A DNA stretch of 64,000 nucleotides, taken from assembly GCA_965214775.1 (NCBI GenBank), contig OZ243974.1:2496001-2560000 (forward strand). Direction: 5' to 3'. The translations under genes were made by a program, and so were the position numbers. The notes under the pieces were generated by a model. That model worked only from the letters and a program-made list of their open reading frames with translations. It was not told the origin of the DNA and searched no databases. Within the stretch, counting starts at the first letter, position 1, and every line of letters starts with the position of its first letter. Shown here piece by piece: positions 10,333-20,341 of the stretch. This DNA comes from Nitrosopumilus sp. (lineage in GTDB: Archaea; Thermoproteota; Nitrososphaeria; Nitrososphaerales; Nitrosopumilaceae).

Positions 10333-10671
10333 CTAGAACTTTTTTGCTTTTTTCATGCTGCGTTCTAATTTTTGACTGGCAGGCCCAGTCCAGAAAAACG
10401 AACCGTCCTTGTCAAACGTGACTTTGCCCTGTTTTTCTAAAATATCCAGGATAAAATTAAACGACGGGTATTGCATTCCCTTGGGCAGCATGTTATACAG
10501 CTTACGCTTGGTTTCAAATTCTTTGTTTTCTAGGATTAGTTTTTCGACCTGGACAAAACTTCTTAGCGTGGGATTGTGTTTTCTGCTCTTGTCTAAAATA
10601 TAATCCAAAATGGCAGTTGGTTTGGTCATTTTGCCTTCAACACTCTGTGCATACCTGTGATATTTATACAT
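10333..10671 (-). CDS. Winged-helix DNA-binding protein, putative antitoxin
   Basis: NPTL..F..VE, LPKGMQY..F..ILD.LE..GKV..DKDG pattern; lies downstream of the RelE-like ORF. Confidence 0.6.
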   Translation of the reverse strand: MYKYHRYAQSVEGKMTKPTAILDYILDKSRKHNPTLRSFVQVEKLILENKEFETKRKLYNMLPKGMQYPSFNFILDILEKQGKVTFDKDGSFFWTGPASQKLERSMKKAKKF

Positions 10672-10690
10672 ATGTACGTTTATGTACGTA

Positions 10691-10776
10691 AGAGTTTACC
10701 CCATCTCGAGGAATACGGCGTGGTAGGCACGATCATGAATGTCCCGGCCAGCCTTGTCGCCTGAGGGGCAAACTCC
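10691..10776. mobile_element. Family-B MITE (86 bp), TA-flanked
   Basis: TA-AGAGTTTACCCC ... GGGGCAAACTCC-TA; homologs at 22340 and 60319. Confidence 0.8.
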
Positions 10777-10792
10777 TACTTTATGTACTGTA

Positions 10793-11104
10793 TTAGTATT
10801 TGAATCTGTTTTCATACATGCTATGATCAGTTAATTCCATAAGAAACGCTGACCTTTCTTCTCGAAAAGTTGTAATCGAATAGATCAGTCTCATACCTTC
10901 GTGCAAATACACATGAAATGCATTATCAATTCCATGTCTTTTTTTGTAGTATTTTGGCACGGTTTTGAATTTTATCTTCTCTCCGCAAATGACATCCTTT
11001 TTCAGATTCTCGATAATCCCTTTAACGTCTTTGAAAACTGCGCCTGATTTATCCAAAGACGAGAACACCGGATCGAAATCTTTGCAATCGCCATACACTT
11101 TCAT
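10793..11104 (-). CDS. RelE/ParE-like toxin candidate
   Basis: 103 aa, basic, with a GMRLIYSI strand and a C-terminal DH..YE..F.Y, typical of archaeal RelE-fold proteins. Confidence 0.55.
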   Translation of the reverse strand: MKVYGDCKDFDPVFSSLDKSGAVFKDVKGIIENLKKDVICGEKIKFKTVPKYYKKRHGIDNAFHVYLHEGMRLIYSITTFREERSAFLMELTDHSMYENRFKY

Positions 11105-11186
11105 TGATGTGTTGTGTAATCAATATCAAATATTGGTATCTGGAAAAGCATTCCAAAATAACCGCCCAAGGCCGTGTCTTTTGTCG

Positions 11187-11659
11187 TACTGAATCTTCGG
11201 GACGTAAAATTTTCTCAGAAAAAAACACCATGGCATCTATTCTGACCATTTGTTCATTTTTACCACTCTTATCTTGCCCCTGCGCGTCATACTGCGCAGT
11301 GATCTCTGCATCTCCTTGACGGTCTTGTACAGCCGGTTTAAAGTAGCATTTTTGAACCCGCACCACTGCCCCTCCGAGCCGTTCAACTCCGGCGTGTACG
11401 GCAACATGTATTTTAGCATCATGTCCCCGTTCCACTTGGTCATCTTTCTCTTGAGTTCTGCTGACTTGTGGTACGATGCGTTGTCGACAAACAGTCGCAC
11501 CTTGCCGTACTTGCAGCGCAGCGCCTTGAGAAATTTGTGGAACATATCGTGTTGGCCTTTTAGTAAAAGCAGCAGTCAAGGCCGTTTGCCGACATGGCCC
11601 CTATGGCGTAGAACCTCTCCTTGGGCAGGTTGGGCGGCGTGGAGGCCGGCTCGCCCACG
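11187..11659 (-). mobile_element. IS630-family transposase 3' remnant
   Basis: FVDNASYHKS and LPYTPELN..E..W motifs; the 5' part ends abruptly at a family-A MITE. Confidence 0.8.
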
Positions 11660-11794
11660 ATAGTTGGTTCGAAATTAGCAAACTCTGATTAGTTGTGAAC
11701 GAGTGCATGAAACGGCTCAAAACACCAACAAAATACAAACTGTCTGTGAAATTACATGAAAAACTCGTACGGTATCTGATTTCGGATCACCTCT
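11660..11794. mobile_element. Family-A MITE (short type, 135 bp)
   Basis: ATAGTTGGTTCGAAATTAG ... CTGATTTCGGATCACCTCT. Confidence 0.8.
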
Positions 11795-11795
11795 C

Positions 11796-11842
11796 AGGCA
11801 CGGTATCTCAAAACTATGATCCATTTTTTGATGTGCGCACCA
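11796..11842 (-). mobile_element. Family-C MITE, partial
   Basis: Reverse complement matches the first ~48 bp of 41803-41890. Confidence 0.7.
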
Positions 11843-12011
11843 GGTTAAAACAAAAAAGAGGAGAGGGACGCATCAACCTTCATCTGGCCGTTGGCTGATG
11901 CCAGGCCCACCTGGCAAAAACCCAAGGCTGCGGCATCCTGCAAGGCAGCGCGCCTTAGCTCAGAACCCAATCCTCAATGAGTTTATCAGGCCCCGGCATT
12001 CAACAAGACTG

Positions 12012-12836
12012 TTGGAGGATTTAGCTCAGAAAATCACTGCGCTCAAGCAGGAATTTGCCAGAACGTATTCTGGAAGTGCGCACATCCAGGAGATACTGCC
12101 GCTGGATTCGACTAGCTCGTTTGAAATTGACGCCAAACATTTGAAACAGCTGCACGAATTTCTCGCAAAGAATCCCATCTACCTTAATCATTACGAGGAT
12201 GAAATTCTTGAAACCTCCTGCGTTGTTTATGAGGGGGACATCAACCAATACTGGCTGAACAGCATCAAACACGGCTCTAGCTGCCAACCCTTCTATCCGA
12301 CATGGATGATTTCTGCCTATCTGCTGGGCAGCATTGCAAAAAGCCTGGGTTGCCATGATTTAGTCGACATCGGTTCAGGCGATGGACGCATTGCCTTTTC
12401 TGGAAAAATTCTTGGAATGAATTCCCGCAGTATTGAAATTGATGAAATGCTTGTTGATTTGCAAAATGCCATTATCACTCAGACAAGCCAGGATTTTCAT
12501 CCTCTTTGCCATGACGCGCTGGAATTGGATTATGCCCGGTTGCAGCTGGCATCTCCCGTATTTTTCATTGGGGGGCTGCCCCAGATGGGAGGGGATCTTC
12601 TTGCAGCAGGCATCATAGAAAAAATCAAGAAAATCCCAGATCTGCAAGAAAATACCTGTGTTGTCTTTGCAGGTACACATGCCAAACGCCAGCTGTCAAA
12701 TAGCCAGGATGACGGAGGCTGGAGCGATTTGATTGAAAGGCACGGTCTAAAAGTGATTCAATCAGCTTCATTGCCCGCGGTCTGGACGTTTGATCAAAAA
12801 GTTGAAACCCCGTACATATTTACAAGATTTAACTGA
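12012..12836 (+). CDS. Class I SAM-dependent methyltransferase-like protein
   Basis: LVDIGSGDGR motif I, SIEID; start uncertain (ORF is open from 11898). Confidence 0.65.
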   Translation: MEDLAQKITALKQEFARTYSGSAHIQEILPLDSTSSFEIDAKHLKQLHEFLAKNPIYLNHYEDEILETSCVVYEGDINQYWLNSIKHGSSCQPFYPTWMISAYLLGSIAKSLGCHDLVDIGSGDGRIAFSGKILGMNSRSIEIDEMLVDLQNAIITQTSQDFHPLCHDALELDYARLQLASPVFFIGGLPQMGGDLLAAGIIEKIKKIPDLQENTCVVFAGTHAKRQLSNSQDDGGWSDLIERHGLKVIQSASLPAVWTFDQKVETPYIFTRFN

Positions 12837-13137
12837 CTTCAAAAAAATAGGCATTGTCCTTGATTCCGCATTTTGATATCGTAACAGTTTTTCCAACTGC
12901 CGGAACTTTGCTGGCTTTTGCGATTATTTTAAACGAGTCTTCTATTGCCACTATGCAAAAATAATCGCCATCCTTCTTTGAAAACTCGACGATTTTAGCC
13001 TCAAAATCCTGCCTTTTTAGCTCGATTTTTCCAAAGCAATGGCTGCAATAGTCTGACGGGGGCCAGCTGATTTTCTTGCACTGCGTGCATCTTGGGATTA
13101 GAAAATCCCCCATGCCCAACTTTTCTTCAAACCTCAC
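12829..13137 (-). CDS. DUF35-type Zn-ribbon/OB-fold protein
   Basis: CxxC...PP..CxxC; overlaps the thiolase stop. Confidence 0.75.
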   Translation of the reverse strand: MRFEEKLGMGDFLIPRCTQCKKISWPPSDYCSHCFGKIELKRQDFEAKIVEFSKKDGDYFCIVAIEDSFKIIAKASKVPAVGKTVTISKCGIKDNAYFFEVS

Positions 13138-14243
13138 TTTTCTAGCACCAAAACTGTCGATGACGTGGCAGCAGCTGACATGTTGTGTACTAGGCCTGCT
13201 TTGGCGTCATCAATTTGCCTCGAATCAGCTCCTCCCTGCAACTGCTGGACCACCTCGATTGTTTGCGCAATGCCTGTCGCACCCAAAGGGTGTCCTGTCC
13301 CAATCAGGCCCCCGCGCGGATTAATTCTAAAGTTATCTGTTTGGTGCAACTCTTTGATCATTGACATTGCCTTTCCGTCTTCAGTGAATCCCATCGACTC
13401 TAGGGCCATGGGCTCACATACTGTGAACGCGTCATGCAACTCAACTACGTCAATGTTGTCGGCGCCTTTTTTTGCCATCCTTAGTGCCGCGTTTGCCGCG
13501 TCTCTTGTAGATTCCATGGAATGAAACGAACTGCTTTTGGTAAATCCCGCAGAGGTTGTTTTTTGGCCAATGCCTGCAATCCATACGGGCTCAGGCGTCA
13601 TTGACTTTGCCTTCTCCTCGGAAGCCAGAATTACAGATGCGCTTCCGGTACACGGCCTGGAGCAGTCAAGCAACCTAAGATCCTCGGTAATCTGTCTTGA
13701 GTTTGTGACCTCGTCAACAGAAAACGTTTTCCTTGAAAGGGCGTTTGGATTGTTTTTTGCCTGCTTGTGATTCTTGACTGGGACAAGTGCCAACTCCTCT
13801 TCTGATATTGAGAACTGGTTTTTGTATGATTTTGTAAGCAACGACGCCCAGAACACCGGATGCTTGAACTGTCCCCTTGAATTGTCCCAGTCCAATATCT
13901 GTCCTGGACTGTCAAATCTTTCGGCCCCTGAAACAAGAACCGCCTCGGACAATCCCGAGGCAATATACGAGTATGCCGAAACGATGGAGTTTGTGCCCGA
14001 ACTGCACAAGTTTTCAATTGAAATCGAAGTCTTGGGCTGAATTCCCGCCATCTCTGCAATGATTGGGCCAAGATACTTTGAATTGTCGTTGGTAGATATC
14101 ATCACCCCGTCAATGTCATTTTTGTCGATTTTGGGATTTTTGATGAATAATTCTGCTGCCGAATCCATCAACAGGTCCTCGATCTTCCTGTCTTCCTTGG
14201 AAAACGGGGTAATTCCATATGCGGCAATTCCTACCCTAGTCAT
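13134..14243 (-). CDS. Thiolase (acetyl-CoA acetyltransferase family)
   Basis: ENLCSSG, VELHDAF, GHPLGATG, HNM. Confidence 0.9.
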   Translation of the reverse strand: MTRVGIAAYGITPFSKEDRKIEDLLMDSAAELFIKNPKIDKNDIDGVMISTNDNSKYLGPIIAEMAGIQPKTSISIENLCSSGTNSIVSAYSYIASGLSEAVLVSGAERFDSPGQILDWDNSRGQFKHPVFWASLLTKSYKNQFSISEEELALVPVKNHKQAKNNPNALSRKTFSVDEVTNSRQITEDLRLLDCSRPCTGSASVILASEEKAKSMTPEPVWIAGIGQKTTSAGFTKSSSFHSMESTRDAANAALRMAKKGADNIDVVELHDAFTVCEPMALESMGFTEDGKAMSMIKELHQTDNFRINPRGGLIGTGHPLGATGIAQTIEVVQQLQGGADSRQIDDAKAGLVHNMSAAATSSTVLVLEK

Positions 14244-15208
14244 GTCTCCTCGAAGAATGTCCGCCGTAGCAAATCAAACGAGTCTTTTGTGTCTCCTACC
14301 GGATTAAACTGGATGATCGGCAGCCCGATTCCTGTATCTCTGAACTCTTGCAGCTGGTTTTTTCCCTCGTCGGGCGTTCCTGCAATGCACAATGATCTTA
14401 ACATTGAATCTGTCACCAATTCGTGGATTGATTTTAATCCCGATTTTTTGTATTCGCTAAAAATGTCCCTGGTTTCGCTTTCAAAACCTGTTTTTGCCAG
14501 AAATTCCCTGTATGTCTTTCCTACCGCAATGTAAAACGACAGCGTCTTTTTTGCCCTCTGAACAGCTTTTTCAGAATCATCAGACACACACGTGATTAAC
14601 TGGCATGTTACATCAATTTTTTTCTTTTTTTGCATTTTTGAAATCGTTTCTTTCAACTCTGCTTTTGGACGCAGGTAAAATATTACTCCGTCTGCCATGT
14701 CCCATGCCAGCTCCACCATTCTCTGATTGACTGCTGCAAGATAAATCGGAACATAGTTTCTATACGGCCTGATAAGCAGTGAAAAATTCTTCAAATTGAA
14801 GATCTCCCCGTCATAGTTTACCTGCTTTCCTGACAGAGCCAGTCTGATGATCTCAACGTATTCTTTCATTCTTTGTATCGGCTTTTCAAATTTGTATCCG
14901 TGAAACGCCTCAACTATCGGAAGGCTGCCTGCTCCAAGCCCCAGAACCAGCCTGCCTTTTGACAGGGTGTCGACAGTTGCCGCCCCCATCGCTATGGCAG
15001 AGGGGCTCCTCGAATAGATGTTGATGATAGATGAGCCGATCTTTTGGATTGCCGTATTTTGTGCCACTGTGCCAAGCATGGCACAACTCTCCATTCCCCA
15101 CGTCTCAGGTATCCATACCGCTTCTGCCTGTGTGTCTGAAATGGATTGAGCGCAGCTGACGACTTCATTTATAGAGAGCAGCGAGCCCAGGCTGCAAGAA
15201 ATACGCAT
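14240..15208 (-). CDS. LLM-class flavin/F420-dependent oxidoreductase
   Basis: WIPE, IGSSIINIYSRSP, GRLVLGLG, PIYLAA. Confidence 0.85.
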   Translation of the reverse strand: MRISCSLGSLLSINEVVSCAQSISDTQAEAVWIPETWGMESCAMLGTVAQNTAIQKIGSSIINIYSRSPSAIAMGAATVDTLSKGRLVLGLGAGSLPIVEAFHGYKFEKPIQRMKEYVEIIRLALSGKQVNYDGEIFNLKNFSLLIRPYRNYVPIYLAAVNQRMVELAWDMADGVIFYLRPKAELKETISKMQKKKKIDVTCQLITCVSDDSEKAVQRAKKTLSFYIAVGKTYREFLAKTGFESETRDIFSEYKKSGLKSIHELVTDSMLRSLCIAGTPDEGKNQLQEFRDTGIGLPIIQFNPVGDTKDSFDLLRRTFFEET

Positions 15209-15282
15209 GAATCTGCTACGAACAGTCGATATTTAGTGTATCAGTTTTAGCAACAGGTAAAATTTGGTTGAGGATAGGCATT

Positions 15283-15453
15283 ATGAGAGCCAGATTCCAT
15301 AGGTTTTTGTTGGAAACAATCACAACTGTTGGGGAAAAACCGAAAAGCAGTTTCTGGACGGATGCTACAAGGTATGCCTCTGCCAGCAAAGACGAATCGT
15401 TTGTGGAGGAAGTTGCATACATGATGGTCACGCTTCATAGAACCGGCGCATAA
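15283..15453 (+). CDS. Small hypothetical protein
   Basis: Most protein-like of three overlapping short ORFs in this gap. Confidence 0.35.
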   Translation: MRARFHRFLLETITTVGEKPKSSFWTDATRYASASKDESFVEEVAYMMVTLHRTGA

Positions 15454-15461
15454 CTTTTCAT

Positions 15462-16136
15462 TCATTTTATTATTTTGCCTATCTCAGAGGAGGCTTCCTC
15501 CATGTCTTTGAGTGAATCAATTGAAAGCCATCTTGCGTTTTTAAAAACTACGGTGTTCAACCTTTCATTTTTTGCATACTTTGGAAACGCCGTCTTTTCA
15601 ATGTCTCCTTTTGACGGCAAATCCTTGATGATGTCCTTGTCCAAATGGTACAGTCCCGCATTCATCCACACACAGCTGATCTCTTTTTTCTCCTTGAAGT
15701 TTTTAATTTTGTTTTCATTTTCATCGATATCCAAAATTCCGAATTTTGTTCTTGCCTTTATGGCTGCAATGGAGTTGTTTGTTTTTGCAAGCTTTCTCAT
15801 GTCTATGTCGGTAATCACATCGCCGTTAATCACAAAAAAAGACTTTTCCTTGATCAGTTTTGCGGCCTTTTTGATTGCTCCCCCTGTTCCAAGGGGCGTT
15901 TTCTCTACTGAAAAATCAATCTTAACGCCAAAGTCCTTTACGTTTAGGTATCTTTCAATCATCTCGGTTTTGTAACCAGTACAAACGACGACTTGCTTTA
16001 CGCCAAACTGTTTGAGGTATCTAATCTGCCATTCGATTATCGGTATGTTGTTAATTGGGACTAGTGGCTTGGGCACATAATCTGTCACGGGTTTTAGTCT
16101 TTTGCCCTTTCCTCCTGCAAGAATCATCGCTTTCAT
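15462..16136 (-). CDS. Sugar-phosphate nucleotidyltransferase
   Basis: ILAGGKGKRL.P.T...PKPL, PLGTGGA, NGD. Confidence 0.9.
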   Translation of the reverse strand: MKAMILAGGKGKRLKPVTDYVPKPLVPINNIPIIEWQIRYLKQFGVKQVVVCTGYKTEMIERYLNVKDFGVKIDFSVEKTPLGTGGAIKKAAKLIKEKSFFVINGDVITDIDMRKLAKTNNSIAAIKARTKFGILDIDENENKIKNFKEKKEISCVWMNAGLYHLDKDIIKDLPSKGDIEKTAFPKYAKNERLNTVVFKNARWLSIDSLKDMEEASSEIGKIIK

Positions 16137-16314
16137 AAAACAACAGTATGAACCAGACTATATCAAAATTTTCACGGCTTTTTTTGTTGTTCTGATTCGT
16201 TTGAATTTGCCGTTGAGTTTGTTTTTCCTGCAGTTTTTACCAGATATTTGAGGCAGTGTTTCTGTTTCAAACAATTCCAGTCTTGCGCAGAGATTTGATG
16301 CAGCTGATCGTGCC

Positions 16315-16396
16315 GTAAGCCGTTTGTACTCTGCGCACAAACTTTGTTTTGATCGGCATTCGTTGGCAGCAAAATTCATGCCTGAACTTGCAGAGA
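16315..16396. repeat. Dispersed repeat family E, copy 1
   Basis: AAGCCGTTT...ATCGGCATTCGTTGGCAGCAAAATTCATGCCTGAAC is shared with ~53190-53270 and ~62600-62685. Confidence 0.65.
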
Positions 16397-16567
16397 CTGC
16401 CTGCTGTGATTCAACGTATTTTCCAATATCAAGCCCCTTTCTGGCATCTATGCAGTTGAACCTGGTGGGAGAAAAGAGAGGCAGAGGCAGGGGATGGCAG
16501 GGATGCAGGGGAGTCTCAGATGAGCGTCCTTTAGTTTTTCCGGGCGTACAAGCTGCAATTTTTCGGT

Positions 16568-16708
16568 TCAGTTGGCGCTTGATTCACTCTCTGTCATGTA
16601 ATAGTGCAATTCCGTATAGCACTCTACGCAGTATTTCTCATAGCTTGTATGCTCACAGTCATAGACTTTTCTTACATCGTTGTTGCATTTTGCGCATGTG
16701 GGCGGCAT
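16568..16708 (-). CDS. 46-aa zinc-finger microprotein
   Basis: Manual translation MPPTCAKCNNDVRKVYDCEHTSYEKYCVECYTELHYYMTESESSAN. Confidence 0.65.
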   Translation of the reverse strand: MPPTCAKCNNDVRKVYDCEHTSYEKYCVECYTELHYYMTESESSAN

Positions 16709-16721
16709 GATGACAACACGT

Positions 16722-17126
16722 CTAGGATTTTGCTATTTTGATGCCGCCTAATGCCAGTTGGATTGCGGCAGGAACAAACATCATTGCAATTGATGCCGTC
16801 GGGTCGTCTCTATCAGCATCAACAGTAGCTGCCTCTGCCGGTGCAGGCATTGCCAAAACAACCAGGCCGCCAATTACTATCAGAATGCCTGAGATAACTA
16901 TCATTATTCCCAATCCCTTTGAGGGTTCCTTTCTTGCAATGAAAAATGCAATGATTGGTAAAATTAACGCCGGACCTCCAAGGCCCATTCCTCTTTGCAT
17001 GTGATCAAGAGGCAAAAATCCGTGATCGCTGTCTGATAATGACATGGCAACTGCAACATCGGCAGCATAAAGTACAAGCAGTCCGATTGCAATTCCTGCA
17101 AGGATTAGTGCAGCAGACAGTGCCAT
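16722..17126 (-). CDS. Membrane protein (about 4 TM segments)
   Basis: Hydrophobic segments. Confidence 0.75.
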   Translation of the reverse strand: MALSAALILAGIAIGLLVLYAADVAVAMSLSDSDHGFLPLDHMQRGMGLGGPALILPIIAFFIARKEPSKGLGIMIVISGILIVIGGLVVLAMPAPAEAATVDADRDDPTASIAMMFVPAAIQLALGGIKIAKS

Positions 17127-17160
17127 AGCAAACCCAAATTTTCACAGTTAATAAACCTAA

Positions 17161-18306
17161 TCAGACGGATTCCACGACTGCTCTGGGTTTTATTTCTTCT
17201 AGGCGCTCTAGCAACTGATCGATTGTTTGCCCTTTACTTCCTACAAGATTGAAATGTCCCAGTTTTCTCAACGGTTTTGAAATCTTCTTCCCGTACATTT
17301 TGAGATATAGGTTTTCAACATCCAGTTTGAGAGGCATGTACTCTCCCTGGAAGCTCTTGTCGCCCAAAATATTGTACATGATCGTGTTGTAAACCAGCTT
17401 TGTACTTCCAAGATCCAAACCCAGAATTGCCCTTAGATGCTGCTCAAATTGAGACGTTTCACTGGATTGCAGGGAATGGTGCCCTGAATTGTGAACTCTT
17501 GGCGCGATTTCATTAATCATGATTTGATCATCCTGGGTGACAAACATTTCAATTCCAAAAACGCCTGCGCCCTTTAGCACTGTCATGGTTTTTTCTGCAA
17601 TACCTTTGGCATTTTTGATTGTTTGTTCTGAGACTCGTGCAGGCGCAATTGTCTCTCTGAGAACGTTCTCCTCGTGGATGTTTTCCACAAGCGGATATGT
17701 CTTGATCTGGCCTTTTGTGTTTCTTGATGCAATCACCGATACCTCCATCCTAAATGGAACGAATCTCTCCAGCATGAGCTTCTGGCCTTTAAAGTGATCA
17801 TATGCCTTTTGAACGTCCTCATATGCGTCTATTTTGTAATTTCCTCGCCCGTCATACGCATCCCTTCGTGCCTTGAGCAAGACCGGCAATCCGTACTCTT
17901 TGATTCCCTTTTTCACGTCCTCAACTGACCCGATCTGAACAAAATCCGGCACTAAAATCCCGTTTTCTCTGAGAAATGTCTTTTGCAGGAATTTGTCCTG
18001 GACGGTTTTTAGTGTTTCAGGAGACGGATTGACCTCGGCATTTTTTTCAACGGATTTTAAAACGTCACTGTCTCCGGATTCAATCTCATAGGTGATGATG
18101 TCGGATTTTTCAGACAGCTCTACGATTGCATCCCTGTCTTTGAAATCCGCAATAATCTGTTCTGCACCGGCCTGCGCTGCAGGGCAATTTTCCGTAGGAT
18201 CCAAAACAATGATTTTTTCAATTTCTCCTGTCATGTTTTTGGCAGCCTCGACAATCATCATGCCAAGCTGGCCACCTCCGATTATGCCCAGGATTTTGCC
18301 CATCAA
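17161..18306 (-). CDS. purK: N5-CAIR synthetase
   Basis: GGGQLG, YDGRGN, NEIAPRVHNSGH, SQFEQHLRA. Confidence 0.95.
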   Translation of the reverse strand: MMGKILGIIGGGQLGMMIVEAAKNMTGEIEKIIVLDPTENCPAAQAGAEQIIADFKDRDAIVELSEKSDIITYEIESGDSDVLKSVEKNAEVNPSPETLKTVQDKFLQKTFLRENGILVPDFVQIGSVEDVKKGIKEYGLPVLLKARRDAYDGRGNYKIDAYEDVQKAYDHFKGQKLMLERFVPFRMEVSVIASRNTKGQIKTYPLVENIHEENVLRETIAPARVSEQTIKNAKGIAEKTMTVLKGAGVFGIEMFVTQDDQIMINEIAPRVHNSGHHSLQSSETSQFEQHLRAILGLDLGSTKLVYNTIMYNILGDKSFQGEYMPLKLDVENLYLKMYGKKISKPLRKLGHFNLVGSKGQTIDQLLERLEEIKPRAVVESV

Positions 18307-18393
18307 TCTTCATCAAATGCCGGAATACAAATAGCTAATGCTGAGATCTGAGATATCGTTATTGTTAATTAGTCACCTGTGTCTTCTATATGT

Positions 18394-18969
18394 GTGATAT
18401 TTTCAAAAAAACCCCTGGTTGGCATCATAATGGGATCTAGTTCTGATTCTAGAATCATGAAAGGCGCCGCAGAGATCTTGGATGAATTCAATATAAAACA
18501 CGAAGATCAGATCATTTCTGCGCACAGAACCCCGTCCAGATTGGCCGAATACGCCAAACATGCAGAAAAAATGAACTTTGAGATAATCATTGCAGGAGCC
18601 GGAGGGGCGGCACATCTTCCAGGCATGATCGCATCTCACACGGTAATTCCCGTAATCGGAGTTCCGATTCTTGTATATAATGACAAGCACCATAAAAAAA
18701 CAGATACTGAGAAATTCTCTGCATTTGGGGGGTTGGATTCGCTACTGTCCATTACAGAGATGCCGTCCGGCTCTCCTGTCGTAGCTGTTGGAGTCAACAA
18801 GGCAGGCAATGCCGGAATTTACGCAATGAAAATCTTGGCAAACAAGCTTCCCGAATTAAGAAAAAAACTGCAGCAGCACAAATCTGATCAGCACGAATCT
18901 GTCGTCAAGGAGTCTGAAATGATGAAAAAACAGGGACTGTCTGATTTTGCAAAAAAAAGGTTCAGATGA
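18394..18969 (+). CDS. purE: N5-CAIR mutase
   Basis: IMGSSSD, SAHRTP, GAGGAAHLPG. Confidence 0.95.
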   Translation: MIFSKKPLVGIIMGSSSDSRIMKGAAEILDEFNIKHEDQIISAHRTPSRLAEYAKHAEKMNFEIIIAGAGGAAHLPGMIASHTVIPVIGVPILVYNDKHHKKTDTEKFSAFGGLDSLLSITEMPSGSPVVAVGVNKAGNAGIYAMKILANKLPELRKKLQQHKSDQHESVVKESEMMKKQGLSDFAKKRFR

Positions 18970-18972
18970 TCA

Positions 18973-20184
18973 TCACGTCATTAATTTGAATTGAATGTTC
19001 CTTTGCCTTAGGGATTCGATTAGTTTTTCTGCCTGCTCCTTTCCCTGGGTTTCCAGGCTTAGTGTAACGCCTGCTGATCCTGCATTGATGTCCGAACTCA
19101 GTCTGTCGTGTACCACCTCTACAATGTTTGCATTTGCCATGGTTATTTCATCAACAATCTCTTTGAAGGCCCCCGGCCTGTCAGGCAGCAGAACCGAAAT
19201 TTTGAGCAACCTTCCCATGGTTGCCAGTCCCTTGTCGACAATCTGTCCAAGCAGGTACATGTCCACATTTCCCCCTGCCAGTATTGCGACCACTTTTTTT
19301 CCAGGAGAAGGTTTTTTTGAAATCAGATAAGCCAGGCTTGCAGCACCGGCTGGTTCTACGACAAATTTCATCCTCTCCATTAGCAGAAACATGGCTTTTG
19401 TAATCTCTGTGTCATCTACAAGGACAACATCATCAATCAGCCCGTTAATCACAGAAAAGGTCAGCTGTCCGGGAATTTTTACAGAAATTCCATCTGCAAT
19501 GGTCCTGCTGCTGCCTCCGCTAGATACCAGCGTGCCCTGCTTTACTGACTCGTACATTGAAGGAAATGACTTGGACTGGACCCCTATGACCCTGATGTCC
19601 GGATTTTTCTGCTTGATCGCAATCAGTGTCCCCGCTGCCAACCCTCCGCCCCCTATTGGCAGGTACACTTCATCCACATCCGGCAGATCCTCTAGGATTT
19701 CCAGTCCTATCACTCCCTGGGCTGCTATGATTTGCGGATCATCAAATGCGTGAATCATTGTGGCACCTGTCTCCTTGGAGATCTCTTTTGCCTTTAGGGA
19801 GGATTCGTCATAGTTTACACCCTCCAAGATCACAGTGGCCCCGTACCCCCTGGTTGCAGCAACTTTTGCAGGGGATGCGTTTTTTGGCATTACAATCGTA
19901 CACGGTATGTTCTCCAATGACGAGGCAAAGGCAACGCCTTGTGCGTGGTTTCCTGCCGATGCGGCAACAACGCCTTTCTTCTTTTCTTCATCAGGCAGCG
20001 TTCTGATTTTGTAATACGCCCCTCTGATCTTAAACGAGCCTGTTTTTTGTCTAAACTCCGCCTTTAAGAAGACGTCTGACTCTGTCAGCCTGCTAAATGT
20101 AGGCGAGTGTATCAGGGGGGTTTTCTTTATCTCGTTTCCCCTCATCGAGTTTGCCTTTTCAATTTCCTCATATGCCAGATTCAT
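18973..20184 (-). CDS. ilvA: Threonine ammonia-lyase with C-terminal ACT domain
   Basis: TGSFKIRGA, SAGNHAQG, GGGGL, DRPG. Confidence 0.9.
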   Translation of the reverse strand: MNLAYEEIEKANSMRGNEIKKTPLIHSPTFSRLTESDVFLKAEFRQKTGSFKIRGAYYKIRTLPDEEKKKGVVAASAGNHAQGVAFASSLENIPCTIVMPKNASPAKVAATRGYGATVILEGVNYDESSLKAKEISKETGATMIHAFDDPQIIAAQGVIGLEILEDLPDVDEVYLPIGGGGLAAGTLIAIKQKNPDIRVIGVQSKSFPSMYESVKQGTLVSSGGSSRTIADGISVKIPGQLTFSVINGLIDDVVLVDDTEITKAMFLLMERMKFVVEPAGAASLAYLISKKPSPGKKVVAILAGGNVDMYLLGQIVDKGLATMGRLLKISVLLPDRPGAFKEIVDEITMANANIVEVVHDRLSSDINAGSAGVTLSLETQGKEQAEKLIESLRQRNIQFKLMT

Positions 20185-20341
20185 TGGAAATGATGCTTGG
20201 TAAATGGCGTATTTGTCTTCTTCTATTGAAAAATTACACCTCTGGCCAGTTTTGTGCGTGATTTTTAGGGAATGCCTAAATAGTTCAAAATTCTCGTTGA
20301 AATCATATCAAGGGATCAGAAGCTCCCCTTTGAGAAGTTTC

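Noticed and set aside
12829-15208. Thiolase-DUF35-LLM cluster as a novel pathway
   Set aside because: Thiolase/DUF35 pairing is well established in archaea; nothing unusual is visible
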